From the NCBI GenBank assembly GCA_051294905.1, contig CM119373.1:374001-438000 (forward strand): a stretch of DNA of 64,000 nt, written 5' to 3'. The number at the start of each line of letters is the position of its first letter. Within the stretch, counting starts at the first letter, position 1. The position numbers were made by a program, and so were the translations under genes. Positions 39,001 to 51,025 of the stretch are shown here, piece after piece. Below the pieces are notes generated by a model, which saw only the letters and a program-made list of their open reading frames with translations, made no database searches and was not told where the DNA came from. This DNA is from Botryllus schlosseri (lineage: Eukaryota).

Positions 39001-42000
39001 TGTCCTCCTTCATCAGGAGCACGAAAATGTCCCCCGAGGACGCCTGAATTGCGTCGTTTTTGACGAATCGCCCTCCTTTATAGCTTCGGCAGCGAGGCCG
39101 TAGGACTGGCACAGCAAATAAACGCCATATTGTAAAATCGAGCGGGTCTTTTGGAGTCGGACTGGAAAATGACCCCTTTTCTAATCAACATAAGCGGATT
39201 TCCAGTCGAAAATTTTAAATCTGCATTTCTCAAGTTCAGTAATGTAAATTTTATGATTCGCAAAAAGTGTCTTCTTTTCCGGAACCCAAAATTTGGTTTC
39301 CATATATATATATATATACGTCATAAAAACTCTACCGACCTTGCCTAAGCACTTTATTATGACACACAGGGGTGGAGTGCATATCCTAGATTTTTCCAGG
39401 ATTCAATTTTCAATGATAAGGAAACACAAAAGTCGACGTCAAAATATGAGAATATGTTTGTTTGTTGCGGTATTCTTGGTGTTTGTCGACTACTATGGTC
39501 ATTTACTCCAGGCCAATTTTCTTCATTTGTATTCCGTTGATGCCGACTTGTAGCACGGCAAATTCTGGGCGTTTTATAAAACACCGCTTACACGGATGAT
39601 ACGGCGAGGAGGAGGAGGCTAGACAAACCCCCAACACTTAGGTAGGAATTCGCTATCTCTTCACGTCTATAAGGGTTATTTATGGGCAATTCAAGTCATC
39701 TAACAACAGAATTTATCAAAATAGCCGTCTGGTATATCGATTCAGATAACTTGTCGAAAGGCATAGAAATTGCTACCTGTCCTTTCTGAATCCAATCGAG
39801 TAGAAATAGGAGCTTCATATCATCACAACACCGAAGGTTAACGCAAAGCAATCGTGAAGCATTTAGGATTTCCATGGCTTCGGGGAAGTGACATTCATTC
39901 ACTGAATCCGTAATTTCGTATCCCACCTTTTAATAGAGCAAGGAAACCTTTGACACGCGTTCTTTACAACCATAGAACCGACAAAGTTCATTAATAGTAG
40001 CCTAATCTGTATTGAGCTATTGCGTCTAGGCAGAACAAGGCGAAGTCACTTTGATCGGGAATAAATATTCACCGAATGATTTCCTTTTGCTTGAAAAGGA
40101 AGCTTGATATTACCTTGAATAAATCGACATGAGCGTGACAGTCTTTCACGTGCTGAATCAGTGATGGAGTCAGTTCGAGTTCCGAAATCCACACCAGTTC
40201 GAGAGGCGACAGCATCTTTACCATAGTTACCAATTGGATCTGATCGTTTTCGGGCAGACCAACGGCGTTGATAACGATGCGTCTCACGCTGTTTTCGATG
40301 CGAGAAATAGTATCATACCCACACTCGCTTATGAGTTTGATGGTTTGCAAGTTACATATAGCGCCATTTTTCATCAGATCACGAAGTTGAGTGTATAATA
40401 TCTCGCGACAGTCATCTATCGAGGTTTTTCTGTCTGTAAAATATAATTTGTAGCGAGGATAGTTTTAGAATGTAATGCAGGGAATCCATCAAGATAAGCC
40501 ATCACTGTGGAATCGAAATATCTTATGACTGAGAAGATTAACTTCCTGTAAAGTTTTGATTTTCTTTCGATCATATCTTCGCCTTGAATGATTTTGAAAC
40601 AATGTGATAAACATGAACGTGACCAGATATGGACAACAAAGAAAATTTTACAAAAAGTGATTTGTATGGTGGAACTGAAAATTTGAAAAATGGTCATAAG
40701 CTAGTTTGATTTCATAACGACGATTTGATCCGTTAAGGCTTGCATAAATGCAAGATTGGCTGAAGTTTAATTTAACCGGAAATATCCATATTTCGGATCC
40801 ATACCGATATCATGCCCTTGTAGCAATTGCAAATGTATCTAATAAAGGCTAGAAAATAAATAGAATGATTTCTTTGCGCCATTATACGTGATTTCACCAT
40901 CCCGTACACCCACCCGTAAGATATTTTCTCATCGGCTTAGTAACTTTATCATCCAATATCAACCCGTACAGAATTTGTCTCGTTAGCTCCATTCTCCCTT
41001 CGTTCAGGTGGGTCGCGACGAATTCTTTTATTGAATCCGAATTTAGATTTAGGACGTGCAGAGTGCAGCAAAATTCCTGAAATATATTATATATATTGCA
41101 ACAAGCGATATGCTCACATTGGCTGATTTATTCCGCTCCGAACTTTTTGACTGACTCTCACGAGGAGCGAACGTCAGTAAATCAAATTTGGAATCAGAGC
41201 AAAGGAACATTTAGGAAACTAGATTATAATTACATTACGGGCGTTCTGTTATAATTATTCTTATTAAACAACTCGAATTATCTAGCTCTCCAAGTCTGCC
41301 TCGAACCTGCATTGTCTGGTGCGAGAATACAAAGAATTTGTCATCCGAAATCGCGGTTTCATGCCCTTCATCTAAATCCGCACCGGGATTCAGAAAGTGA
41401 AGAACCTCATTTGGATTTATTGCCAGTTTTCTCAGATATCTGTACCCAAAAACGAATTTACGTTCCTTCATGCCGTGGTAGGCCAGCTTCGCAATTTCCT
41501 CATAGTTGTTTATCTTGTACGCGTGTAGAAAATCACGGAAGAACGCTGAAATCAGCCCCGACAAACTATCTGGTAAACTTTTTCGATTACTGTGGAATAT
41601 TTTGGTCATGTAATTGAGAAACATCGGGTTTCGACACAATGTTAACAGTTTGGGGGAAGTCTCACGGAGTTGGTTGAGCATGGTGTCGCTATCTGTCGTC
41701 AAATTCGACGCTGCATTCTGTAAGTTTTCATCGTCCAACCCTCTCAATCCTAGTGTCTTATCAGGTTTCTGCTCGCTTGTAAGATCCCAATAGGTATTCC
41801 ATCGGGATGCTGTGAGAATACGTACACCAGGCCAGATTTTCCGCGACAGTATGTTTGCGATAACGTCGTTTGCCTTCGCCGGAATTATGGCTGAGATTTC
41901 GGGATATCTCCTACATCCAAATTCTTCCAAACATTGGTCCAGACCATCAATTGCTATGAAAGTTTCGCCCGATTTCTGTTTCAACCATATTCTTCCTGCT

Positions 42001-45000
42001 GATTCTTCATCTGAAGACAGTTCTGTATCTCGATCGCCAGCCATTTGGTCCACGAATAACATATTGAACGCATCCGATAGAGTTTGATTTTGAAGGGTAC
42101 CTGCGTCCACAAAATGAGTCATTTTATTGTTACAGAGCGTCTGAACCCTGCCCTCAGACACGGCCGTTGAGTAAGTTTTCAGAAGCGTGGATTTACCGGC
42201 CCCTGCCTCACCAAGAACCATAACATGCACGGGCGTTTTGTCATATATTGCATCGTGTACTTGTTCAATATCGATTCTTTTAATGTCGCGGCCGAATAAG
42301 GTATTATTTCCGGTGTTTCCCTTGCCGTTCTCCATGTCTATGACCATGATTGTGGGACAGGCTGGAAGATTCTGGTTTACATTCACTTTCTTTCGAAAAT
42401 GTCGGTTGACTTTCTCAAGAAATTGTGTCTCTGAGAAAACAATTGTTTATGAGTTGTGTTCCCAGTACTGCCGTACATTACTGTTACGTATAGCTCGGCA
42501 GATTGGACCGCAGTCCTATGAATACATAAATAGCACAATCAAAATGTCCTTGGAGACCAGAGTAAGCATAGGGCGTGTTTGAGATTACTGGTACAGGTTG
42601 GATTGTTGATTATATGCCGGATTGGAAAAAAATTACATCATGTGATTTGATTATAGGAACCGAACTTGGCCTCGCCCTTGAGGATTGCACTGCTGTTCGA
42701 ATATAGTTGCCGAAAAAGGTATGACATTGATCAAACCAGCGAACAAATATTATAAACATGGCTTTTTTTCTGACCGTTTATCAACAGCTGTTACCATTGC
42801 CAAATTTTCCTCACTACGAAAAACTAGATTCGATAATTTGGATATCTATTTGCGAACAAAATGGATTTCATTGACAATGTTCGAGTTGATACACCCGCCA
42901 ATCATGCAGAATAAATGTATATAGGCTTGCGTGAACATTTACAGATATATTTTCACTTGAAAATTCGCTGGATGTCCTGCTACGGAATAGGGGACAATAT
43001 ATGCGCTTTGTCGGGTGTAGCATATCTTCAATACCCCAAATCAAAATGAACAGAAAATCTTCGATAACTCACCGAGAAGATTTGAATCCGCATTTTTTCT
43101 AGGCTCTGTTAAATGAATATCGAATGTAAATTTTCTTCTTCAAGTTTTACTGTTTACCCCATGGAATTGCCAACTTGTTTAATCAAAAGCTAAAAATCGA
43201 ATTCGGCTCAATTTTAGCTAATAGATGCGAATCTATTTGAGCTGTAAAACTTGGGTTTGAAAAACAGTGGTTAATCCTAGAATTATTAATGAAAAACTCG
43301 AATACCATCACTTCTACGCGATGGAATTGAGTCAAATTGGTTTGCATCGTTTTTGTAGACAACTATAAGCAATTTCATGGGTTAGCCAATTAAATTTGGA
43401 AAAAAGACTTGTAAATTGCTTGTAATAAATTCAGATCTTTCCAACTCTAATAGCTTCACTTCTATTCGCTAGAATTATGCCAAATTTTGTGAGCAAGTGT
43501 TTTAGTCATCCTTGGAATGTTAGCTAATAGCCGCAAAAAGTTGAAGAAAAAGTCTTTTAGAACAAGAATTGTGCGCATATGATGCTTGTACCTGTAATGT
43601 CTTTACATACATGAATGTGTTTGATGATCTGATTCCCTGCAACGATGTTCAAGTCGCAGTTTACGAATTTCTGAACGATACCATCCCCTTCGGCAAGCGA
43701 CGTATGTCCTGTACAAACGTGGGCAGTAAAAATGATTTTTGTCATGAAAAAATGCTTCCGCAAATATTACTAGAAAACGGGGAAGACGCGCTGAGGTTAA
43801 CGGAGACAATATCACCTCCCACGTAAAATTATGAAATACTTTCATATGTAGCAATGCTTCTACAGTTTGGAATAGAGCCAACATTGGTGTGCATCGCTTT
43901 TATAGGCAACCTATCAATTTTAACAATTTGTTAGCCACGCTCAAATGTAACAATGGGTGTCATGCTTAAGTGATTTTCTGTGCTCAATACTTGTCTGTTT
44001 ATTTCCTTTGGCCTCATGTTCTTAGCAAGATGTTTGTAGTGCAGTAATTTGTCAGGCTTAATTTGGTTGCATTGAGACCTTTATTTAGTTACTAAATGAT
44101 TGAATATTCATATGTTCCGGCATTATATTATAGTGTAGCGATATTTGGTGTACCACTTGAACTTGGTGCTTTTTATGTGCGGCTTTGGCCATCTACAATA
44201 AACGGTTGCCCTGGAGGGATGCATAGTGCCGAGTGATTGATGCGTACACTACCACACTATCGCCAATACTCCACAAATTAGCAAAGGAAATTTGAAAGAA
44301 AAGTGGTTTTTGAACAGCCCTACTAACCACCTCAGCTTTTGTTTCAAAGTATCTTATTCATCCATGATTCACGGAAAAGAGATCACGGCACAAAGAAACT
44401 ATACACTCACGACTTGAGTTACCTCGACGATACATTAAATATAGTCGGAACAATACGCTCCATTGACGGTGGCGGGGATAAGATTTGAAATTAACGATGA
44501 ACATAGGCCTATAGGCCAGATATTAACGGATTTGCAATTTTTATTTCCTAATCCAATCCAAATCCGAAGCTTAAACGCCTAATCCAAATCCCAAAGCAGA
44601 ACTTTTATATATTCAAATCTGTGTCCAATCCTAATCCGTTTCTAACTTGAAATTCAGAAAAAAGCTAATTTATGCAAGGAAGGAGTTGGAAATCTTTCTT
44701 TCACAACCAACAATTCTCCTAATTTAAGATAACATAGCACAGCACATCTCATATACATTGGCACCGAGTGTACCATAAGTACATTACCAACTGATCTGAA
44801 TAAAGTTTGTCGCCATTCGCCACACGACATATGAATCTTCCAGGAAATCGGTAAATTCAATTCAAATCCTAATCCGTTCAGAAAAAATCTCTAATCCTAA
44901 TCCGATCCTAATCCGACTGAAATTCACAAATCCGTTTTTTTTAAACCTAATCCTAATCCATGCTCATCTCTGATATAGGCAGAAATCACATGCATGAAAA

Positions 45001-45836
45001 TGGGATATTTACCATAGAACAAGGACAAGGAAAGACGGGACCAGTTCGCCGGAAGAACATGAAACGTAGACAAAAGACCCCCATCGAAAACAAGAGGATA
45101 TATGTTGGTGGGGACCGACAAATAATGATATAAGGAAGGGGCGAACTGGTGAGGTCCGACTGCAGGCATTAAGAAAATAGCCATTGTGGTGAAATTTTGT
45201 GCCGTCTGAGGCGGTTGAGGTGGGGGAAATACTCTCTTTTATATTAAGGTTGCCAATCCCTTAAAAAAACGATGCCCGTGTGCCTGCGCTCGAACCCTTG
45301 TCTGGCAACTTCTTCAACCGTGTCTTCCAACGCAGATTCACCTTGAGATGAAGAAATTTCGTAAGGCGAACCAATTCGTGACAACAGTCGGCGCCCAATG
45401 CCAACTAACAGTCACGAACCAGCGCCCCCAAGATGCATATAGTGACTAGTCGGACCTTGGTCCAAATCCCGTAGGCGTCTCTGTACGCCCTGGACTCGCG
45501 CCCTGTTAACTAACGCAGTCTGAAAACTCGACTGTCAGGGTTTCCAACGCCTCTGGGACTCCGCAAGTTACCCGCGCGACCAACGTCAATCTTCCACGCG
45601 CATTCGCCCGCACATGGGGGTCAATGGAATTGCCCATCTTTTCCTTGTGCGTCGAATTTGTATATTATAGGGCAGGCTATGTGTATTATGTATTATAAGA
45701 ATCGTTGATAAATATGAAACCTTTGCAATCAGTATCTCCATGCGGTATTCATATATATGCCGTACTCACGTGTCACATCATCCTCGGTCAAAAAGTTGGT
45801 TTCCTGGCGACGCGGACTCATCTTTGCTTGTGCCAT
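36081..45836 (-). CDS. NLR-like NACHT-LRR protein, 13 exons, ~964 aa
   Basis: Exons: 45836-45770, 43708-43592, 43105-43073, 42430-41307, 41076-40914, 40433-40114, 39926-39777, 38909-38736, 38288-38121, 38047-37880, 37469-37302, 36460-36290, 36152-36081. All are GT-AG and phase-consistent (2895 nt). Walker A GEAGAGKST, Walker B IAIDGLDQ, LTASR, CRNPMFL, FSHQTMQEF, and ~168-nt phase-0 LRR exons. The 5' exons are the least certain. Confidence 0.8.
36746..37122. mobile_element. Intronic hAT-type MITE
   Basis: TIR tagggttgcatttaaaacaaa...tttgttttaaatgcaaccctg. Perfect TSD gttatgac. Confidence 0.9.
39455..39660 (-). mobile_element. SINE copy (same family as 48337-48612) with most of the tRNA head deleted
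   Basis: Shares ggtgtttgtcgactactatggtcattta..caggcc...acaccgctt. The junction ggaatt|cgctatctct skips the tRNA body. A third diverged copy lies on the + strand at ~26700-26890. Confidence 0.65.
44517..44972. mobile_element. Intronic hAT-type MITE with AATCC(T/A) repeats
   Basis: Ends are cagatattaacggatt...aatccatgctcatctctg. TSD ctataggc/atataggc. Confidence 0.65.
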
Positions 45837-46211
45837 TCTTTCGGATTATGTCCTCGTTAGTAACGTTTTGGTTAAAGTAATGAATGAGCGGTTATCGGTA
45901 ATACTGTTGGCAACCTTTGGATTAGTGTCAAACTAAATGATATTTGCTTCATAGCCGCTTTGAGGTACACAACTTCAGGATACAATTGGATGATGTTGAC
46001 ATTGAAATAAAAATAGATGGGTCTATTTCAATATCAATACATTACTAAATGATATTGGTGCAAAATGTTACTGCGTAGTGAAGGTACGGCTTGTTTTTTC
46101 AAGTAACGGGCACTGGGGTCCATAATTAAGGTAGTGTCGTACGCGAAACTAATATAATAAACTGCGAAACCTAAAATTATATCTAGACATTCCTTCGACT
46201 ACTTCTGCAGC

Positions 46212-47482
46212 AAGAGTTGTAAAACTACAAAAATTTCAGCTTTTCCAACGTAAATTAGAATTAAAACTATAGCTAGACAGTTTTGCCAAATTGCATTGGA
46301 ATTGAAATCATATCTATACAGTTTTACGAAAATTTGATTACAATTAGAATTATCGCTGTAAGGTTTCTTCGGAATTAGACTAGAATTAGAATTAAAATGA
46401 TAGCTACACAGTTTTTATAAAATAGATTAGAAATACAATTGCAGCTACACACAAGTTTTTACGAGTTAAATTAGAATAAAGATATATAGCTATAGTTTTT
46501 TTTTTAATTGCATCGGAATTAGAGCTATAGCTTTACATACAATTTTTTATAAATTAGATTACAATTACGATTATAGCTACACACTTTCCATGGAATTAGA
46601 ATTAGAATGATAACTAGACACTTTTGTTTTATTAAATTATAGTCTACTTAGATTGATAGCTTCAACATGTTTTTCAAATTAGATTTGAATTGCAATTGTA
46701 GCTGCACATATTTTTCAGAATTAGATTAGAAATAGAATGATAGCTAAACATTTTTTCCAAATTAGATTAGAATTCTAGAATTACAATTGCAGCTATAAAG
46801 TTTTTTAAATTAGATTAGAATTACCATCATAGCTTGACAGGTTTTTTCCGAATCTTATTAGAATTAGAATGATAGCTACATATTTAAAAAAAAAAATAGA
46901 TTAGAATTGAAATTGCAGCTGCACAGTTTTTTCAAATTAGATTAAAGTTAGAATGATAGCTACACATTTGTTTCCAAATTAGATTAGAATTACAATTGCA
47001 GCTACACAGGTTCTTCCGCATTATATTAGAATTGGGATTATAACTACACAGTTTTTTTTAAATAGATTAGGATTAGAGTGCTAACTACTCAGTTTCCCAA
47101 AATTAGTATAGAATTATAATAGTAGATACCCGGTTTGTTTTCCAAATTAGATTAGAATTGGAATTACTGAACTTACGGAAAGTTTAACATGGAATCAAGT
47201 CAGTTCATATCAAATTTGAGTTGATTCTCAAGCACGAGAATAGCAAATGTCTGTGCAGCAAGCTTGGCTCGTTTCGCACGATACACTCCTCCGGAAGCAT
47301 TTTCATGAAAACCAGACCTTAGATTAGAATTATAATGAAAGCATGGAAACATTTCACAAATTAGAGCAAGGAAATATTTGACAAATTAGCTAGAATTAGA
47401 TGACCGGCATTTGCTCTAATTAGTATAAATAGATAACTAGAATTATTTATTATATTGTCCAGATTCTAGTTGTCCAAGTCTG
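46212..47482 (+). repeat. Degenerate ~40-bp tandem array (aattagattagaatt..atagctacacagtttttt) within a MITE-like element; related inverted copy at ~48860-49780
   Basis: The array spans ~46250-47160. caagcttggctcgtttcg (~47260) recurs inverted at ~49033-49050. Ends are agagttgtaaaacta and tagttgtccaagtctg. Confidence 0.7.
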
Positions 47483-47988
47483 TGCCTAACTCACAAAATA
47501 AAAGGCAAACCTAAAATTACATCTTGAAGTGTACCGAGTAATTCTACACTCCTCAGGTCTAGCATCTTCGAGGCATATCCTCTCATTTTCATAGCATACC
47601 CACACTACATATTACAGCTCCCATCAACACTGCATTCACTCAGTATCAGTACTCGAAGACATCTAAATATCTGGAAACATTTTGGAATGCAAACCACTCA
47701 CATCCGTTTCAAAGGCGTCCTAGCGCAGCACGAAAGCAACGCAAAACCTAGCCGTCAAGATAGGCCTATGTAACCATCCGACGTATGATGTCATTGTATG
47801 TAACATTTTCTGCGTGCGCATCGTTTCACAATATTATTATGTGGTTATAGTGTTACAATGTTGTTATAGTGATGTTTCAAACGCTTCCGGTGATCAGATC
47901 AATTGATATAACAGCGGTCTACAGCAGTTGCCGTTTAGTAGCGTTATAGTACTCCAAACACATCATAACTAGCACGACGCGTCAGCGG

Positions 47989-48824
47989 CAGGGTTGTAAC
48001 CAAAAGTCACGAGGTTCCGAGTCTCAAGTCGATCTCACTTTTATAGTTTTGACTCGAGTCAGGTCGAGTCATTTTCAATTCACCACCGAGTCAAGTCCGA
48101 GTCCAAGTCACAGAGTAGAGTGTCGAGTCCCAGTCATAATGTTTTGACTCGAGTCCGAGTCCAAGTCATTGTGTTGAATGATCAGTTCCGAGGTAATGTC
48201 ATGTGAAACCCACTTTTTACAGCTCTGCTCGGTGATATCGATAACTTCTCCTTCATAATACACTAATATTCCTCACTTTTAACAGTTTTTGGTAGCATTT
48301 TTAAGTACCAGTACTGATAGACGAAATAGCAATAGTGTTGGTTGGTTTTGAGGTATTCATGGTGTTTGTCGACTACTATGGTCATTTACACCAGGCCGAT
48401 ATTCTTCATTTTTTATTCCGTAATTGCCGACTTATAGCACGGCCCACTTCCAGGCTTTTTTAAAGACACCGCTTGCGCGGATGAGGTGGAGAGGAGGAGC
48501 CGAGATAAACCTTCAACACTTGCGTAAAGGAATTATGAAGTCGATTTCGGTCGGACTCGAACGCGCAACCCATTGGTGTTGCAGCCGTGGATTATACCAC
48601 TGCGCTATCTCTCGATAACTTTACTATTCTTCGAAATTACAATGAAATGCCTGTCATATGACTTGGTCCAAGTCACGCGCAATGACCCGAGTACAAGTCG
48701 AGTCAATACACAAATTGACTAGAGTCGAGTCATTTTTCATTTTTATAAAAATGACTCGAGTCAAGTCGAGTCACCAAAAAATTGCGACTCGATTCGAGTC
48801 ATGACTCGATTCATTACAACCCTG
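47989..48824. mobile_element. Non-autonomous hAT with GACTCGAGTC repeats; contains a SINE
   Basis: TIR cagggttgtaa...ttacaaccctg. TSD gtcagcgg/gttggcgg. Confidence 0.8.
48337..48612 (-). mobile_element. tRNA-derived SINE
   Basis: The minus-strand head gatagcgcagtggtataa...gcgttcgagtccgac carries A and B boxes. The body is repeated at 39455-39660. Confidence 0.75.
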
Positions 48825-49128
48825 GTTGGCGGTTTCAAATTTATGATATTTAGCACCAGAATTGGACGAGTATTGATATAATTCTCGTTCTATAATTGGA
48901 CTAATTAAAGAGAAATGCAGTTATTCCAATTCTAATCTAATTTGTCCAATGTTTTCTATCCTCAAATCTCAAATGTTTAATTCTAATCTCACGTTTGGTT
49001 TTCCTGAGAATGCCACAGGAGAACTGTATAATACGAAACGAGCCAAGCTTGATCTACAGGCATTTACCATTCTCTGAGCTGCATTCGAAGAGCTTCATGG
49101 TGGTAGAGAGCATCAATACAATTGAATA

Positions 49129-49452
49129 AGAAGGAAGGAAGGAAAGAAGGACGTAGTTTATTTTTGCCCTTGATGTTCTTGCGGCATATACATCGACTCG
49201 TGATACACATGATCTGTGCATTGCATATGCATACCATGACTGCATCATGTGCATGTGCCGCTGGACAAGGAAGGTAGAGATATAGCCTTGTATGACTTTC
49301 TACGTCTTGTACCCCCTCCATGATATCCCAATCCGCCAAGCGGGGAAGTCATAGTTACCAGTGTTACTAATCAGGTCTTTGGTGTGACCCGGCTGGGGAT
49401 CGCGCCCACGACCTCCCGATCAAGATGCCGGACGCTTCACCATTACGCTATC
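49129..49452 (-). mobile_element. tRNA-derived SINE of a second family, with (CCTT)n tail
   Basis: Head gatagcgtaatggtgaagcgtcc...ggtcgtgggcgcgatcccc, then gggtcacaccaaagac. The tail appears as (gaag)n on the + strand. Confidence 0.75.
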
Positions 49453-49459
49453 TTGTCTG

Positions 49460-49665
49460 TCGAATAGTATATTCATATTGAAGTAAACCCGGATAGATTC
49501 GACTGACACCCGCCAGGGGAATTGAAAACACCATGTTATATTTTGTGATAAGATTGTTGATATACGATGTTCTTACCAATTCTCTCCAAGTTGCTGACGA
49601 TTACCCGAAACAAGTGTCAGTCGAAAATATTCGGGTTTATTTCAATATCAATAGACTATTCAATT
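49460..49665. mobile_element. Small foldback MITE (~55-bp TIRs); similar end at ~11735-11810
   Basis: gaatagtatattcatattgaagtaaacccg..ttcgactgacac mirrors gtgtcagtcgaa..cgggtttatttcaatatcaatagactattc. Confidence 0.65.
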
Positions 49666-51025
49666 GAACTTGATTCGAGATTCGAGCAATTCTACTTTTT
49701 TTCTAATCTAATTTCGAAATAACTTTGAATCTATACTTCTAATTAGGAATAGCTGAAAAGTTCTTAGTTGTGCAACTCTGTCTGGCTCAACTATTGGCGA
49801 TGCATACGATGGGTATTTCTATTCTCGGCATTTAATGAATATCAGAGACTTATTCAGTGTATGCATCCAACGGAAATCAAAAAAGCGAGCTAGGATATAC
49901 TGTACCACACCGGTGCACAAAATGAACTGGGCATCGACATAGTGGTAAAAGAACAAATTCAATAAAACATAATTTCACACAATACGAAAACATGATAGCG
50001 CTACTATCACTTCCTCGAAATCAAACACTAATTAGAGACGCTGAAATGCAGCTGCTGTGTCCACCATACCTTGTTGTAACGTGGTGAGGAACGAACCGAT
50101 TATACTACAACGCAAACACTGTTTGTATTTGTCGAGTTTCTTAACCTTTACAGGCATAGTAGTAATGTTTGATTAAAGGATGTTGCACAGAAATATGGTT
50201 TCATGAAACGGCGCGAAACGATCTTGATTTGGCACAGACAAACAAATATCGTTCTGAGTATAGTCCTAACATATGTCGATATTTATCAGGAAAAGCGAAT
50301 GGTCGACCGAGGACGTCCAAAAATGCCGAAATGTCCTATTATTTCTCATTTTGAATATGTTGATCCTAATTTCAACACTATTTTTAGACGAGACTTTTTA
50401 TTAGTTGGATCAGTTGGCTACTAGCTGGCTATTATTTCGACGATGTTTCATGCAAGCAATATCACGATCTCTTTATAAATGATCATTCGTTATTGGCGAA
50501 AGTTGACGGAGCCGCAAAGTAATCATGGTCTGAATTTGAGTATAAATTTTATATATATTCCATTGTTCATTTCTGTTTTGGTAACTGTTGCCAGCAACTA
50601 CCAAGGAAACATAAGACATCATCAAGCTTAAACGTAGCAATCCTACTTTCGTTTTAGTTGCCGGTAAAAATGTTATGTTTTTGAATTCTGAAAATATGGT
50701 AGTTATACTGGTACTGACTATTTTAAAGCTCTATTATATTGTCTGATGCACTAATAACCAATTGCATGAAAGGTATTATAGTCCTGTACCATTTTGTATT
50801 AAAGAAAACATCGGGTTCGGATTAGTGTGGATTCAACTCTCTGGTAACTTAATGTCTTTCATTGCGAATTATCAGGCATTTGGTATTCAAGTTCCAAAGA
50901 CAGTAGGCGATTGTATAAGTTTGCACTGTGCGTACAGGTCGTACAGGGATTAATGACCTGTGAATAAATAAACATTACCGTGCTGTGATTAGACCCGCCT
51001 TGATACGCTGTCGATTGCGCTAGGA

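Noticed and set aside
45000..45650. GC-richer intronic block, possibly a LINE fragment
   Set aside because: No RT or endonuclease motif could be read in any frame.
48549..48612. tRNA gene (also 49385-49452)
   Set aside because: The cloverleaf is imperfect and is fused to a repeated body and tail, so these are SINE heads.
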